64,000 bases of DNA from Octopus sinensis (lineage: Eukaryota): assembly GCF_006345805.1 (NCBI RefSeq), contig NC_043021.1, positions 1,612,001-1,676,000 on the forward strand, given 5' to 3'. Positions within the stretch are counted from its first letter, which is position 1. The number at the start of each line of letters is the position of its first letter. Under the pieces are notes generated by a model. The model worked only from the letters and a program-made list of their open reading frames with translations. It was not told the origin of the DNA and did no database searches. The translations under genes were made by a program, and so were the position numbers. This document shows positions 11,907 through 23,063 of the stretch, in pieces.

Positions 11907-12381
11907 CCCTTTAGCATTCAAACCGGCCATATTGGGCCCAAGTATTCTTCCTGTTTTGTGTTCAAACTGTTTTATATTTGAGGCCAGATCCCGCCTCTCA
12001 CACCTACCCTATAATGTCATTCTAAAAATAAGCAATCACATCATTGAAATCTCAAAGCTATGAGATAATGCATGATTAATTCAAAACAAGGCTAGATCCT
12101 GCCTCTCACACCTACCCTATAATGTCATTCTAAAAATAAACAATCACATCATTGAAATCTCAAAGCTATGAGATAATGCATGATTAATTCAAAACCAAGC
12201 CAGATCCTGCCTCTCACACCTACCCTACAATGTCAGTCTAAAAATAAGCAATCACATCGTTGAAATCTCAAAGCTATGAGATAATGCATGATTAATTCAA
12301 AACAAGGCCAGATCCAGCCTCTCACACCTACCCTACAATGTCATTCTAAAATAAGCAATCACATCATTAAAATCTCAAAGC
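11907..12381 (+). mobile_element. piggyBac-like MITE fragment (TTAA-CCCTTTAGCA...) with 3.7 tandem copies of a 108-bp internal unit
   Basis: Unit gccagatcc.gcctctcacacctacccta.aatgtcattctaaaaata... starts at 11983, 12091, 12199 and 12307. Confidence 0.8.
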
Positions 12382-12487
12382 TTCTCTCTTTTTCTTTTTC
12401 AGTTTAACTCCTAACACTACAAAAACGGCCTCTACTTCTCCCTCCCTTCAACTCCTCTCTGTCTATTTCTCTGCATTACCCCTCCCA

Positions 12488-12530
<43 letters not shown>

Positions 12531-12773
12531 TTCTCTCTTTCTCTCTCTCGTCCATCCACCTCCAAACACACATATCTCTCTTCGTTTTCCTCTATGCTAT
12601 GTTACTGAATCTCGTAAACCTTCTTCCATTCCATTCACTCCCCCTGGAATTCACTCATTTTCTGTGTCCCCACTCCCATCTACCGTCACCCGCACAGACA
12701 TTCAAACCGAAACCCAACTGGAGCATCCTCACCAGTTACAGATGACCTGCAAAGGACACGAGTTTTAGCCATG

Positions 12774-13040
12774 CAGTGCCGTCTTAAGGCATGAGGATAC
12801 TGGACAGTTACCCAGAAGCCTCAGGGGTCTAAGGAGGCCATTTATGACCCATGTATGTTGCGAGTTGCTGTCAATGAACAGATTTTCTAGGGCCCAGTGC
12901 ATTGATTGCCTAGGGGCAACATGGGTTCAGGGGCACCAATCCTGATGTATATATGCTGCGAGTTGCTGTCAATAAATAGATATACTTGGGTCCAAGGCAT
13001 TGATTTTCCAGGGACCTATAATATTCCCAAGACGGTCCTG
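12774..13040. mobile_element. hAT-like MITE (TIR cagtgccgtctt / aagacggtcctg) with internal ~100-bp duplication
   Basis: Imperfect 12-bp TIRs; flanks tagccatg / ttgccaca may be a decayed 8-bp TSD; gcgagttgctgtcaat occurs twice. Confidence 0.55.
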
Positions 13041-14019
13041 TTGCCACATCTTTCTGACTGAATCATGAAAACGAAAACATAAATAAATATAATAAAACGA
13101 CAGCTGCAAACATAACCCCCGAAACAAGGGTCTCTACAGGGTCTTATCGTCCTGTTAGCCCCTGATTGCTAGATGTTATGGGGCAATAAGAGACAGTTCT
13201 TGTATTTGTTATGACGTTGGAAAAATCTTATCGAAGGACTGGGAGAAGCGGTAGAGCATCGGATGAAATTCTTTCTGGTATTTATTCCTGTTTCTTATGT
13301 TCTGCGTTCAATCCACGTTGAGGTCACACCTTTGTCTTTCATCTTTCTGTGGCCGATAAATAAAATATCTATCTTAAGTGAAGGACTAGCAGAATCAGTA
13401 GAGCGTCGGACGAAGTGTTTTGTGGTATTTGTTCCAGTTCCTTACATTCTCAGTTTCAATTCCCACTGTCTTCGCAATTTCAATCACAGGTTATGGGTCG
13501 ATCTGAGACTGTAAAAGAACATTATATTTTCCCGAAATGCCGCGCAATGAGATCGATCCCGGAACTTTGTCGTTGCGAAGCGAATTTCCTCGACCTTTGA
13601 TCCTTACTGCCCCTCAGCTTCAACTCTGTCCGTTTAACAGAGAAATGTTAAGTAAAGCTATCACTGAGTAATCGTAGTTTCAACAGCTATCTTCCCCGGG
13701 CGTGGTGAAGTCGTTAGACACACTTAGTAAGCAGGTGGTTCCGGTTTCAAGCGCAGCGAGCAGCACAATGAGGAACAAGTGCTTTCTGTCATAGCTTCGT
13801 ATTCAACACTGTGTTGTTTGTTTTCTTATTTGTTTGTTGTTGTTGTTGTTGTTGTTGTTGTTGCTGTTGTTGTTGAACGGAAATGGAAATCGGATACAAT
13901 GCAGATGTGTAGTGTATGTGCGCGTGTGTGTGTGTAAATACGAGTATGCGTGTGACTACGCACGTGCACATACATACATACACACATGCACACACACATG
14001 GATTATATATATATATATT

Positions 14020-14070
<51 letters not shown>

Positions 14071-14213
14071 TATATATATATATATATATATATAAGAATG
14101 CAATATACATACATATATGTACATACCTACATATTATGTGTATATATATATGTATATATATATATATATATAATGCATGTATAATTATATATAATATATA
14201 TATAATATATATA

Positions 14214-14250
<37 letters not shown>

Positions 14251-14509
14251 ATGTATGTATATATGCATATATGGGTACAGGTCATCAAAAAGAAAAGGTA
14301 GACAATGAGAAATGGAAACATAAAAAAGCAAAAACATAGAAAACAAACTTTTTTTCGAACAACGAAACAAACAAACAGAGAAACGAGGCAGGCAAACATA
14401 AAGAACATTCCCCTTCATCAGTTGGCCCCTGTTTTATCTACTCCACGTTTCGAAGGTAGACACACATACACACATACACACACACGCACACACATATCCA
14501 TATACGTAA

Positions 14510-14688
14510 CGGCATGAGTATCGTTGGAAATTTTCTTCCTCCACCTTCCCTTCCCTTGGACTTCCCTCTATTTCTGAAGAAGAGCAAAGGCTCGAAACGT
14601 TAAATCCTCTTTCCTTCCTTTCCTGAGCGTCCTCGTCCTCGTGTTGTTGTTTTTTTCTTGTTTGTTCTTCTTTTTTTGGATTCACTAT
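14510..14688 (+). mobile_element. Family H1 repeat with intact minimal hammerhead at 14570-14605
   Basis: ATTT-CTGAAGA-A-GAGC AAAG GCTC-GAAACGTT^AAAT. Confidence 0.7.
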
Positions 14689-14689
14689 G

Positions 14690-14733
<44 letters not shown>

Positions 14734-14861
14734 CACGTGATCACGTGACCGACCAGGCTATCAGATGTTGTTACACATCGCTGGTCACAATGCGTTCGCA
14801 TTGTTGTAGCCTTCGAATGACGCCACCCCCGCTGGCTAAGCGAGCAGGCCAATATATATAG

Positions 14862-14917
<56 letters not shown>

Positions 14918-15116
14918 TATATATATCTAATATATATATTATATATATATACATATATTGTGTTTGTTGAAATGGAAAGATGAATTATGTTGTTACGGAT
15001 TATTCAAAAGTTTAACCAATACCTGGGTAGCAATAATCACAGCAAAAAAAAAAACGGTTGGAGATAAGACCATATGGTGTTGCAACCGTGCGTTGGTGCG
15101 GATATTGAAGTTTAAT

Positions 15117-15229
15117 ATAATTAGTGAATGGAAGAAATGGAGTTGAACGAAGATTGTACAGAATTCCTTTTATTAAAAGGAATTCTGTACAATCTTCGTT
15201 CAACTCCATTTCTCCATTCATTAATTATA
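15117..15229. repeat. Near-perfect palindrome, ~55-bp arms centred at 15173
   Basis: gttgaacgaagattgtacagaattcctttta T taaaaggaattctgtacaatcttcgttcaac. Confidence 0.9.
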
Positions 15230-15409
15230 TATACATATACATATATATATATACATATATATATATTTATGTAAATATATATATACACACACACGATATA
15301 TATATATATAAATATATATACTTATACATATATATACATATATATATATATATATGTATGTATGTATGTTTGTATATGTGCAGGTGCGCGGTCACATGCA
15401 AACACTCGT

Positions 15410-15449
<40 letters not shown>

Positions 15450-15589
15450 GTGAAATATATGTCCGGTCACAAAGCTTTTAACATGACTGCTGCTAGAAAA
15501 GGTGATCGACCTAAAATAATAACAATAATAGAGCAATTGTCAAATAAACAGAGCGTGTGTTTAACTGGCAAAAATGACGACCGTCCCCG

Positions 15590-15750
15590 CGTCTAACAAT
15601 ATCTGTTTCCGTCTACCAAATCGACTCACAAGGCATTGGTCGGCCCGGGGCTATAGTAGAAGACACTTGCCCAAGATGCCACGCAGTGGGACTGAACCCA
15701 GAACCATGTGGTTGGTTAGCAAGCTACTTACCACGCAGCCACTCCTGTAT
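15590..15750 (-). mobile_element. SINE family B 5' fragment
   Basis: Reverse complement of the CORE-like SINE head. Confidence 0.8.
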
Positions 15751-16218
15751 GCCTGTATTAAAAAGTCTCTAGACAAGTGGTTCCCAAGATGTGGTCCACG
15801 GATCCCTGGTGGTGGGACTTTTGAATGTCCTGGGATCCGTGGGAAAACTCATTTAAATAAAAGGGGTCATTCGTAGTGAAAAAGGTTGAGGATCACTGTT
15901 GGAGATGATTAGTAACAGAAACAGCGTAAGATTGAATTACCTCCCTTGTATTACAATTTCAGGGGAAATAACTGCAAAAGAATTGCACAGAGTTATCTTT
16001 CTTAGTAAAACTTGAAACCGTTAGTGATCAACGTTCGACTATGTGGAAAGTTAATATGGTTGATCGATAATATTCAGACAAATTATAGTGCTAGTATAGT
16101 ATGCGGTCTACCACGGTGTCAAACAGGATTATCTACCTTATCTCTCAGATATTTCCAGGTATTTCAGAGATAAAACATTTCAGATATTTCAGAATCATAG
16201 TTTTAGCATCTAACCATG

Positions 16219-16604
16219 GGACGGAAGCACTCCGTCGGTTACGACGATGAGGGTTCCGGTTGATCCGAATCAACGGAACAGCCTGCTCGTGAAATTAACG
16301 TGTAAGTGGCTGAGCACTCCACAGACCGTGTACCCTTAACGTAGTTCTCGGGGTATTCAGCGTGACACAGAGAGTGACAAGGCCGGCCCCTTGAAATACA
16401 GGTACAACAGAAACAGGAAGTAAGAGTGAGAGAAAGTTGTGGTGAAAGAGTACAGCAGGGATCACCACCATCCCCTGCCGGAGCCTCGTGGAGCTTTAGG
16501 TGTTTTCGCTCAATAAACACTCACAACGCCCGGTCTGAGAATCGAAACCGCGATCCTATGACCGCGAGTCCGCTGCCCTAACCACTGGGCCATTGCGCCT
16601 TCAC
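16219..16604 (-). mobile_element. Full-length SINE family C with 14-bp TSD
   Basis: TSD agcatctaaccatg at 16205-16218 and 16605-16618; tRNA-like A and B boxes. Confidence 0.92.
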
Positions 16605-16780
16605 AGCATCTAACCATGATCACTCAATGGACTGAGTGTGTGCTCTGGTCACTGGATCCACATAATGTCGTTGATGGTTCACTGTCAAACGGTGGTAACC
16701 GATGGCATTTAAATTATTATAAGCGGGCCACTCACCTGAATGAATTAGTGAACCTTTTTCACATTCTCTTTCAATAATTA

Positions 16781-17191
16781 GGCGTAGGAGTGGCTGTGTG
16801 GTAAGTAGCTTGCTAACCAACCACATGGTTCCGGGTTCAATCCCACTGCATGGCATCTTGGGCAAGTGTCTTCTGCTATAGCCCCGGGCCAACCAATGCC
16901 TTGTGAGTGGATTTGGTAGACGGAAACTGAAAGAAGCCTGCCGTATATATGTGTATATATATATATATATGTATGCGTGTGTGTGTTTGTGTGCCTGTGT
17001 TTGTCCCCCTAGCATTGCTTGACAACCGATGCTCCTGTGTTTACGTCCCTGTCACTTAGCGGTTCGGCAAAAAGAGACCGATAGAATAAGTACTTACAAA
17101 GAATAAGTCCCGGGCTCGATTTGCTCGACTAAAAAGCGGTGCTCCAGCATGGCTGCAGTCAAATGACTGAAACAAGTAAAAGAGTAAAGAG
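16781..17191 (+). mobile_element. Full-length SINE family B (CORE-like)
   Basis: ggcgtaggagtggctgtgtggtaag head, ttgggcaagtgtctt CORE-like block, internal TA/TG microsatellite, (gagtaaa) tail. Confidence 0.9.
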
Positions 17192-17709
17192 TATCAGACT
17201 GTTCCTGTCACGCCGTTCCACACAAAAGCGTCAACAGTCTGAGCCTTGTTTGAGACCAAAAACTCACGGCCCGTCAATTCCACAACCATGGTTCCTGTTG
17301 TTTCCTTGTTCTGCATCACTGTCTTCGAAGAGAGGAGCGTTGTCACCATTCAGCATTCTTCCTCAATTATATTTTCGTTGATCTAAATAGGATTATCTTT
17401 TGTCCCAACCATCTTCCTTCGCCGTTCATGATAAACAATGGCCCCACACACCTCGCGGCACATATTGTACCAGTCCGTTATTGTATTTTCAGATTTTCCT
17501 GTTAGAGTCACTGCTGTGGTCATGGGTATATCCAAGACAAAGAAAGATATTAGTTCTGAAATCTCACTCAGGCCCAGCTTGCTGTTTAATTTGTTGTTAA
17601 TGACTGTATAATGGAAAAATTGGTTTCTTTTACAAACTCAATGTTTAAGGTAGATAACCCTGGCTATACTGTTTGACAACGTGGTAGGTCGCATACTATA
17701 CTAGCACCC

Positions 17710-18094
17710 GGAGGCGCAATGGCCCAGTGGTTAGGGCAGCGGACTCGCGGTCATAGGATCGCAGTTTCGATTCCCAAACCGGGCGTTGTGAGTGTTTATT
17801 GAGCGAAAACACCTAAAGCTCCACGAGGCTCCGGCAGGGGATGGTGGTGATCCCTGCTGTACTCTTTCACCACAACTTTCTCTCACACTTACTTCCTGTT
17901 TCTGTTGTACCTGTATTTCAAGGGGCCGGCCTTGTCACTCTCTGTGTCACGCTGAATATCCCCGAGAACTACGTTAAGGGTGCACGTGTCTGTGGAGTGC
18001 TCGGCCACTTACACATTAATTTCACGAGCAGGCTGTTCCGTTGATTCGGATCAACCGGAACCCTCATCGTCGTAACCGACGGAGTGCTTCCATC
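17710..18094 (+). mobile_element. Full-length SINE family C with 12-bp TSD
   Basis: TSD atactagcaccc at 17698-17709 and 18095-18106. Confidence 0.92.
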
Positions 18095-18941
18095 ATACTA
18101 GCACCCAAAATTATATTTTGTAACTAATATTTCGAGGAGAATCCTTGTTCTGCTAAACGTGGTGTTCATGCCTTTCTCAAAAAAGAAAATGGTGTAAAAT
18201 TGCCGCATCGGACTTGTGTCTTTAATAAACCTCATTCCGAAGAATTATTTGAAAGAGGGCCGTAGTAAGGCGTCAAGGTAGGCCATAACGCCCACGCTCG
18301 TCTCCGGTCCCACCATCCACCCCAAACAGTCGAATGAAGTGCCACTGAAAAGCCGCACACATCTGCTCGGAATCAAACAACAGCAGGAATCCCTTCTGAT
18401 CCGTCAAAGACAAAATCGTAGCTTTGTTGCCATATTGCACCTCTGCCACCCTAACCTTTCCAACAACTTTTGTTCCCTCATGCCTTGGAGGAGACGCCCT
18501 AGTTCTGACAACTCAACTTTCGTGCCTGTTGCTGAAGAATTGGTAAAAGGTCAATGTTGCTGCCAGCACGTCAGTCGCGAGGCTTTTCCTAAGTGCCCCT
18601 TCTCGATTACTAAGTGACCCGTCCCCTGCTCCACAATCCTCTATTGCTATTACCTTACCAAACTTTTATCTACTCTAACCAAATGGCCCTTTTGAAGATT
18701 AACTACAATCGGTTGTGGATGATTACCCCAATTCCGGTCTCTGTAAACTTGGTACGCCGGGAAAAAACCTATTCATTTCTCAGTAAACGGGACTTTGTCT
18801 ACGTAACCTATCTAGGTAGACTGTACAAATCCTAAATTTTGTGGTCTTATGTAGTCGACCAATTTGAATTGCGGACACTCTTAGCTATATGTGTGTGTGT
18901 GTAAGGTTGAAAAGGAACACACGAGATATGTATAAGGAAAA

Positions 18942-19405
18942 AAGTCAAGGTAGAAAATATTAAAATAATTTTATCATAAAAACCATTTTAGTGCCGGTTC
19001 CAGTCATTGAGACTTTTTCAATTCTAAGTACGGAAAACGAATAGTGGCAAAATTAAATGAAAAGTTTTTTTAACATATATTTCCATAGTATTCAAATGCA
19101 AGGGACATTTTCCTTGTTTCTGCCTGTCTCTGTCTCTCTTTTTATTGGACGATTTGAATGCCATCATGGATTCACGTCTCTGTTTCTGTGGGGATAGCTG
19201 ATAGAAGAGAGACAGAGGCAGGCAGAAACAAGGAAATTGCCCCTTTTATTTTAATACTATGCAAATATTCTTTTAAAAACTTTTCATTTAATTTTTCCAC
19301 AATTTAATTGTTTTCTATACTTAGAGTTGAAAAGTCTTAATGACTGAAACCGGTACTGAAATGTTTTTCATGATAAAATTATTTTAGCATTTTCTACCTT
19401 GACTT
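18942..19405. repeat. Diverged long inverted repeat (~200-bp arms, ~65-nt spacer) with degenerate hammerhead-like motifs
   Basis: aagtcaaggtagaaaat...tgtctctctt vs aagagagacaga...attttctaccttgactt. Confidence 0.85.
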
Positions 19406-19410
19406 ATTAT

Positions 19411-19477
<67 letters not shown>

Positions 19478-19478
19478 A

Positions 19479-19684
19479 GTTAATCCAAACATGAAAACAC
19501 AAAGAGAAAACACAACAACGCGAGGACGTGGAACAAATATAGTATTATTGGACGCTCAGGAAAGGAAAGAAAGGAGGAGGATTTAACGTTTCGAGCGGAG
19601 CTCTTCATCAGAAACATAGAAAAAAGGAAAGGTCCAAGGAAGGGAAAACGGAGGGAAAAAAATCACCAACGATACACACGCGCT
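19479..19684 (-). mobile_element. Family H1 repeat with intact minimal hammerhead at 19581-19615
   Basis: Minus strand GTTT-CTGATGA-A-GAGC TCC GCTC-GAAACGTT^AAAT. Confidence 0.7.
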
Positions 19685-19699
19685 GCTGACGAACAGTAT

Positions 19700-20950
19700 A
19701 TTCTGTCTAGATACGATCCAGATGGGTCGATGTCACTTGTCCATCTTCAAGTTGGCTCATTCGGGAAATCCAGTCGGCATCTGTCAGCCAGTTGGGAACG
19801 ACTGAGCAGGTTTGCGAGCTTTTATACCCACCTCCTCCATCAGCTATCTCCACACAATAGAGACGTCCATCCAAGATGACATTCAAATCGTCCAATAACA
19901 CTAAAGAGCGGAATGTTCCCACGGAAACCGCCAAGAGGCTCGAAGGAATATGACTATCCCCTCCCAATTGCAGCATACACAGCGACTAGCCTAAAGGCTC
20001 TGCCTTCGCTGCTGTTCACTCCAGAGTTGCCAATTTACCGTCCGGGTTCAAGAAGATCGACCATATCTCGAGGACCAGGCCTTTCGGAAAAGAGCATCCA
20101 TTCGCCTTCTATTCTGGGCCGGATAAGAGGGGTGAGATCTTAAAGTCGCCAAAAATAGATAATAAAGTCTTGTTTCGCCGATGGCTATCACATCCAAACC
20201 GAGTGACATGAGATCATTGAATAGATTCCCTAGCTTCCAGGTTGATCCCAGAACACATGCATTTATACAACCCACCCTTAAAGTTGCTATGTTGGTAGAA
20301 AAGAGGGATGAGAAATAGAAACAGGTTGCTTATCCATTTAATGGCTCTGAAGGCCGAATAATTCGGTCTTTATGAAATTCTGAGGTTTCTTTTAGAATTC
20401 CTTTATGAACCGACTGCCGACTCTTGCGCTGGGCTTCTAACACCAGTGGGGAAAATATCCTGCATAGTTTTGTATGTCTACGAGTTCCGGCCGCGTTATT
20501 TCCAAATTTTGTCGCATCTTGAAAATGTTAGTCCTGGAGACTTCTTCCTCTGTTTCAATGTTTTTCTTTTGCGCAATGAAGGACATCAGGGTTTTTTTTT
20601 CTTAATTCGTACTCGTTATCAGCGAAAGGTTTTGGGTTGGATGCGGTTTGACTGATGCGGTTGTGTTTGCGTGTCTGTCTGTCCGTGCTGTTCCTCAGTA
20701 TCTTTTATCTTTTACTTGTTTAGAGAAGCGTAGTTATTTTTTTGTTTTTTTTTAATTATTGTCTTTTCTAGATGGAGGTGGGTATTTTATTGTCTTCGTT
20801 ACTCCACCTCGTACGATGAGACTTCCACGTCGAAAAGATCCGATACATGTAGGAGCAGAAGGGTGTTTACGCGAGTGTCCATGTTATTTTTTGTGTTTGA
20901 ATGACGTGGGGAGATATGCTTGTCATAGCAATCCGTGTTAGTTTCCATGA
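19700..20950 (-). mobile_element. Decayed Tx1/L1-clade LINE: end of ORF1 and AP-endonuclease part of ORF2
   Basis: LRVGCINACVLGSTWKLGNL...LDVIAIGETRL, FRSLVLLDDLNVILD, (Y)LDRI: APE endonuclease motifs with frameshifts; no RT follows. Clade assignment is by resemblance. Confidence 0.7.
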
Positions 20951-21225
20951 AGACAAAACAATTTTTTTCTAAATTTTATTTTGTGTTCTGCAGTTATTTG
21001 AATTAATTTTCGATTGTACTGACCCAGAAATATCTCTAGCCATACACTGGATACATTTTTATAACAGTTTTCTATTTATATGCGGTCCCCAATTCTCCTA
21101 TTTTCATGGCAAATGGAATATGTCTGTATCTAAGTTCGGGTGATGTATTCTAAATATCGTCACTATGTTTCCCATCCATTTCTGTTTAGGCTTTGCTAAT
21201 TGATTAAGCGTTCAGTTGATTATAA

Positions 21226-21456
21226 GGCGGCGAGCTGGCAGAAACGTTAGCACGCCGGGCGAAATGCTTAGCGGTATTTCGTCTGCGTTACGTTGTGAGT
21301 TCAAATTCCGCCGAGGTCGACTTTGCCTTTCATCCTTTCGGGGTTGATAAATTAAGTACCAGTTACGCACTGGGGTCGATATAATCGACTTAATACCTAT
21401 GTCTGTCCTTGTTTCTCCCTTTTGTGTTTAGCCCCTTGTGGGTAATAAAGAAATAG
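21226..21456 (+). mobile_element. Full-length SINE family A with 14-bp TSD
   Basis: TSD gttcagttgattat at 21210-21223 and 21457-21470. Confidence 0.92.
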
Positions 21457-22214
21457 GTTCAGTTGATTATTACAGTCTTCTACCGCAGTGCTTCTCAAAC
21501 TATCTGATGTGTCGTACAGGCAGTTTTTTTTCTTCAATGTGCCAGGGACCGGTAATATTCCTTAGTAATATTAATCTATACCGGAAACAATATATATGTA
21601 GTGGCTTCATACAGGTATAGAATGGATTCGATCCTCAATCGCCAAATTTCACTTAACAGTACAACGGATTTTCCCACAGAGAAACATTAAGTTGACAGCA
21701 GTTACATTTGCCAGATGCCATCGCTAAGCAGAATAATATATTTGCCACTTGACATTTCTAACCTCTTCTAGGCCACCAAAAGCTAGGATAGAGATAACAG
21801 ACCACCAACGAAATCTATTGTTCTCAACAATATGTCTGTCCTTCTGGCTGGTTTTGGATAGTTATAAAAACAAGAACTCCGTAAGCTAAAGTCAACTACC
21901 ACCTATCTAAAAAATAGATTAGCCTGGAGAAGAGGCACCTTTGGATATTCTGGCGTGCCCTTAAATCTCCAGACTCCAGGTCGATGTATCGGTTGTGGCC
22001 CTCCTTGTTTTCATTGGCCCTTTCTTGAAGTATTGCAGAGTTGGAGCTTTCATACGCGGGAAATTATGTCAAGGTTATAGAAAACCTTCAGAGAAGAGTT
22101 GCTATAAACATACTATGGCCGAATGGTTAAGGAGTTTGTTTCGCAATTGGGAGGTTCTGGGTTCGATTCTACGGAAGTTGCGTATCAATTCTAGTCTGTA
22201 ATTTTCATAGGTGC

Positions 22215-22740
22215 AAGCATAGCTGTGTGGTTAAGGAGTTTGCTTCCCAACCAGGTGGTGCAGAGTTCAGTCCCACTGCGCAGCATCCTGAACGTGTGTT
22301 TTCTTCGATAGCCGATCAAAGCCTTGTGGGGGAATTTGAAAGATGGAAACTGAAAGAAGCCTATAGTGTATGCGTGCGTATGTGTTTATGCGTGCGTGAG
22401 TGTATGTTTATGTGTGTGTGTGCTTATGTGTGTGTGTATCTGCTTATGTGTGCGTGTGTTTATGTGTGTGTGTGTGTGTGTGTGTGAGTGTGTTTATGTG
22501 CGTGTGTGTGTTTATATGTGTGCGTTTATGTGTGTGTGTGTGTGTGTCCTCCACCATCGCTTGACAACTGATGCTGATTTGTCTACGTTCCCGTGACTTA
22601 GCGGTTCAGCAAAAGACATCGATAGAGTAAGTACCAGACTGAAAATAAAGAAATGAGTACAGGGGTCGATTTGTTCGACTAAATCCTTCGAGGTGGTGCC
22701 CCAGTATGGCCGCAGTCCCCAAAAAACTGAATCGAGTAAA
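22215..22740 (+). mobile_element. Diverged SINE family B with expanded internal (TG)n
   Basis: Head, CORE-like block and ggtgccccagtatggccgcag tail recognisable. Confidence 0.8.
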
Positions 22741-23063
22741 CGATAAAAGATTTTAAAGACTTGCCCAAGAAAGGATTGTATTCTGGGACGTACCAAGACA
22801 CACAGACAGAAAGACGAGGGTGAATCACTGCCGAAGGGTTTAGGAGCGAAAATAGCAAAGCCAGTGCCTTCTAGGGGTTTCGGAGAACAACAATAGTAAG
22901 GATCACAATGACAGCCGTCACTCGCGAGCGAGAATGCTTGGTCTCTTCAATGGGGGCTTCCTATGAAGGTAAATAACAAGCTCCAACCCCCGAAAAAGCA
23001 CACACACACATACATACACACATACATACACACACACAACACAAGAAACAGCACAAATACGGG

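Larger units (their letters stand above)
16150..17560 (-). pseudogene. Merlin transposase remnant (stops, frameshifts, SINE insertions)
   Basis: TITDWYNMCREVC...MVGTKDNPI*INE, IDGP(W)VFGLKQGSDC...VERRDRNSL, IIERECEKGSLIHSGEWPAYNNL...TVNHQRHYVDPVTRAHTQSIE-SWLDAK: characteristic ISXO2-like motifs. Confidence 0.85.
16088..18106 (-). mobile_element. Decayed Merlin (IS1595/ISXO2-like) DNA transposon with TIRs, interrupted by three SINEs
   Basis: Exact 18-bp inverted repeat gtgctagtatagtatgcg (16088) / cgcatactatactagcac (17690), extending imperfectly to ~55 bp; flanking aaattata on both sides; internal transposase remnants. Confidence 0.8.

Noticed and set aside
15774-15898. hAT-Charlie-like mini element (caagtggttcccaa ... 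ttgaggatcactg)
   Set aside because: TIRs are imperfect and no TSD is visible; plausible but not supportable enough to list.
17710-17785. SINE heads as functional tRNA genes (also 21226, 31056, 49174, 54108)
   Set aside because: A/B boxes are present, but cloverleaves are incomplete and the heads continue into SINE bodies, some with TSDs.
18240-18620. Minus-strand open stretch (KVVGKVRVAEVQYGNKATILSL) vaguely like a retroviral-type protease region
   Set aside because: No catalytic DTG/DSG motif and no neighbouring RT; left unassigned.
19686-19712. CTGACGA-ACAG tatatt CTGT hammerhead-like half
   Set aside because: Not followed by GAAA; lies at the broken end of the LINE fragment; likely chance.
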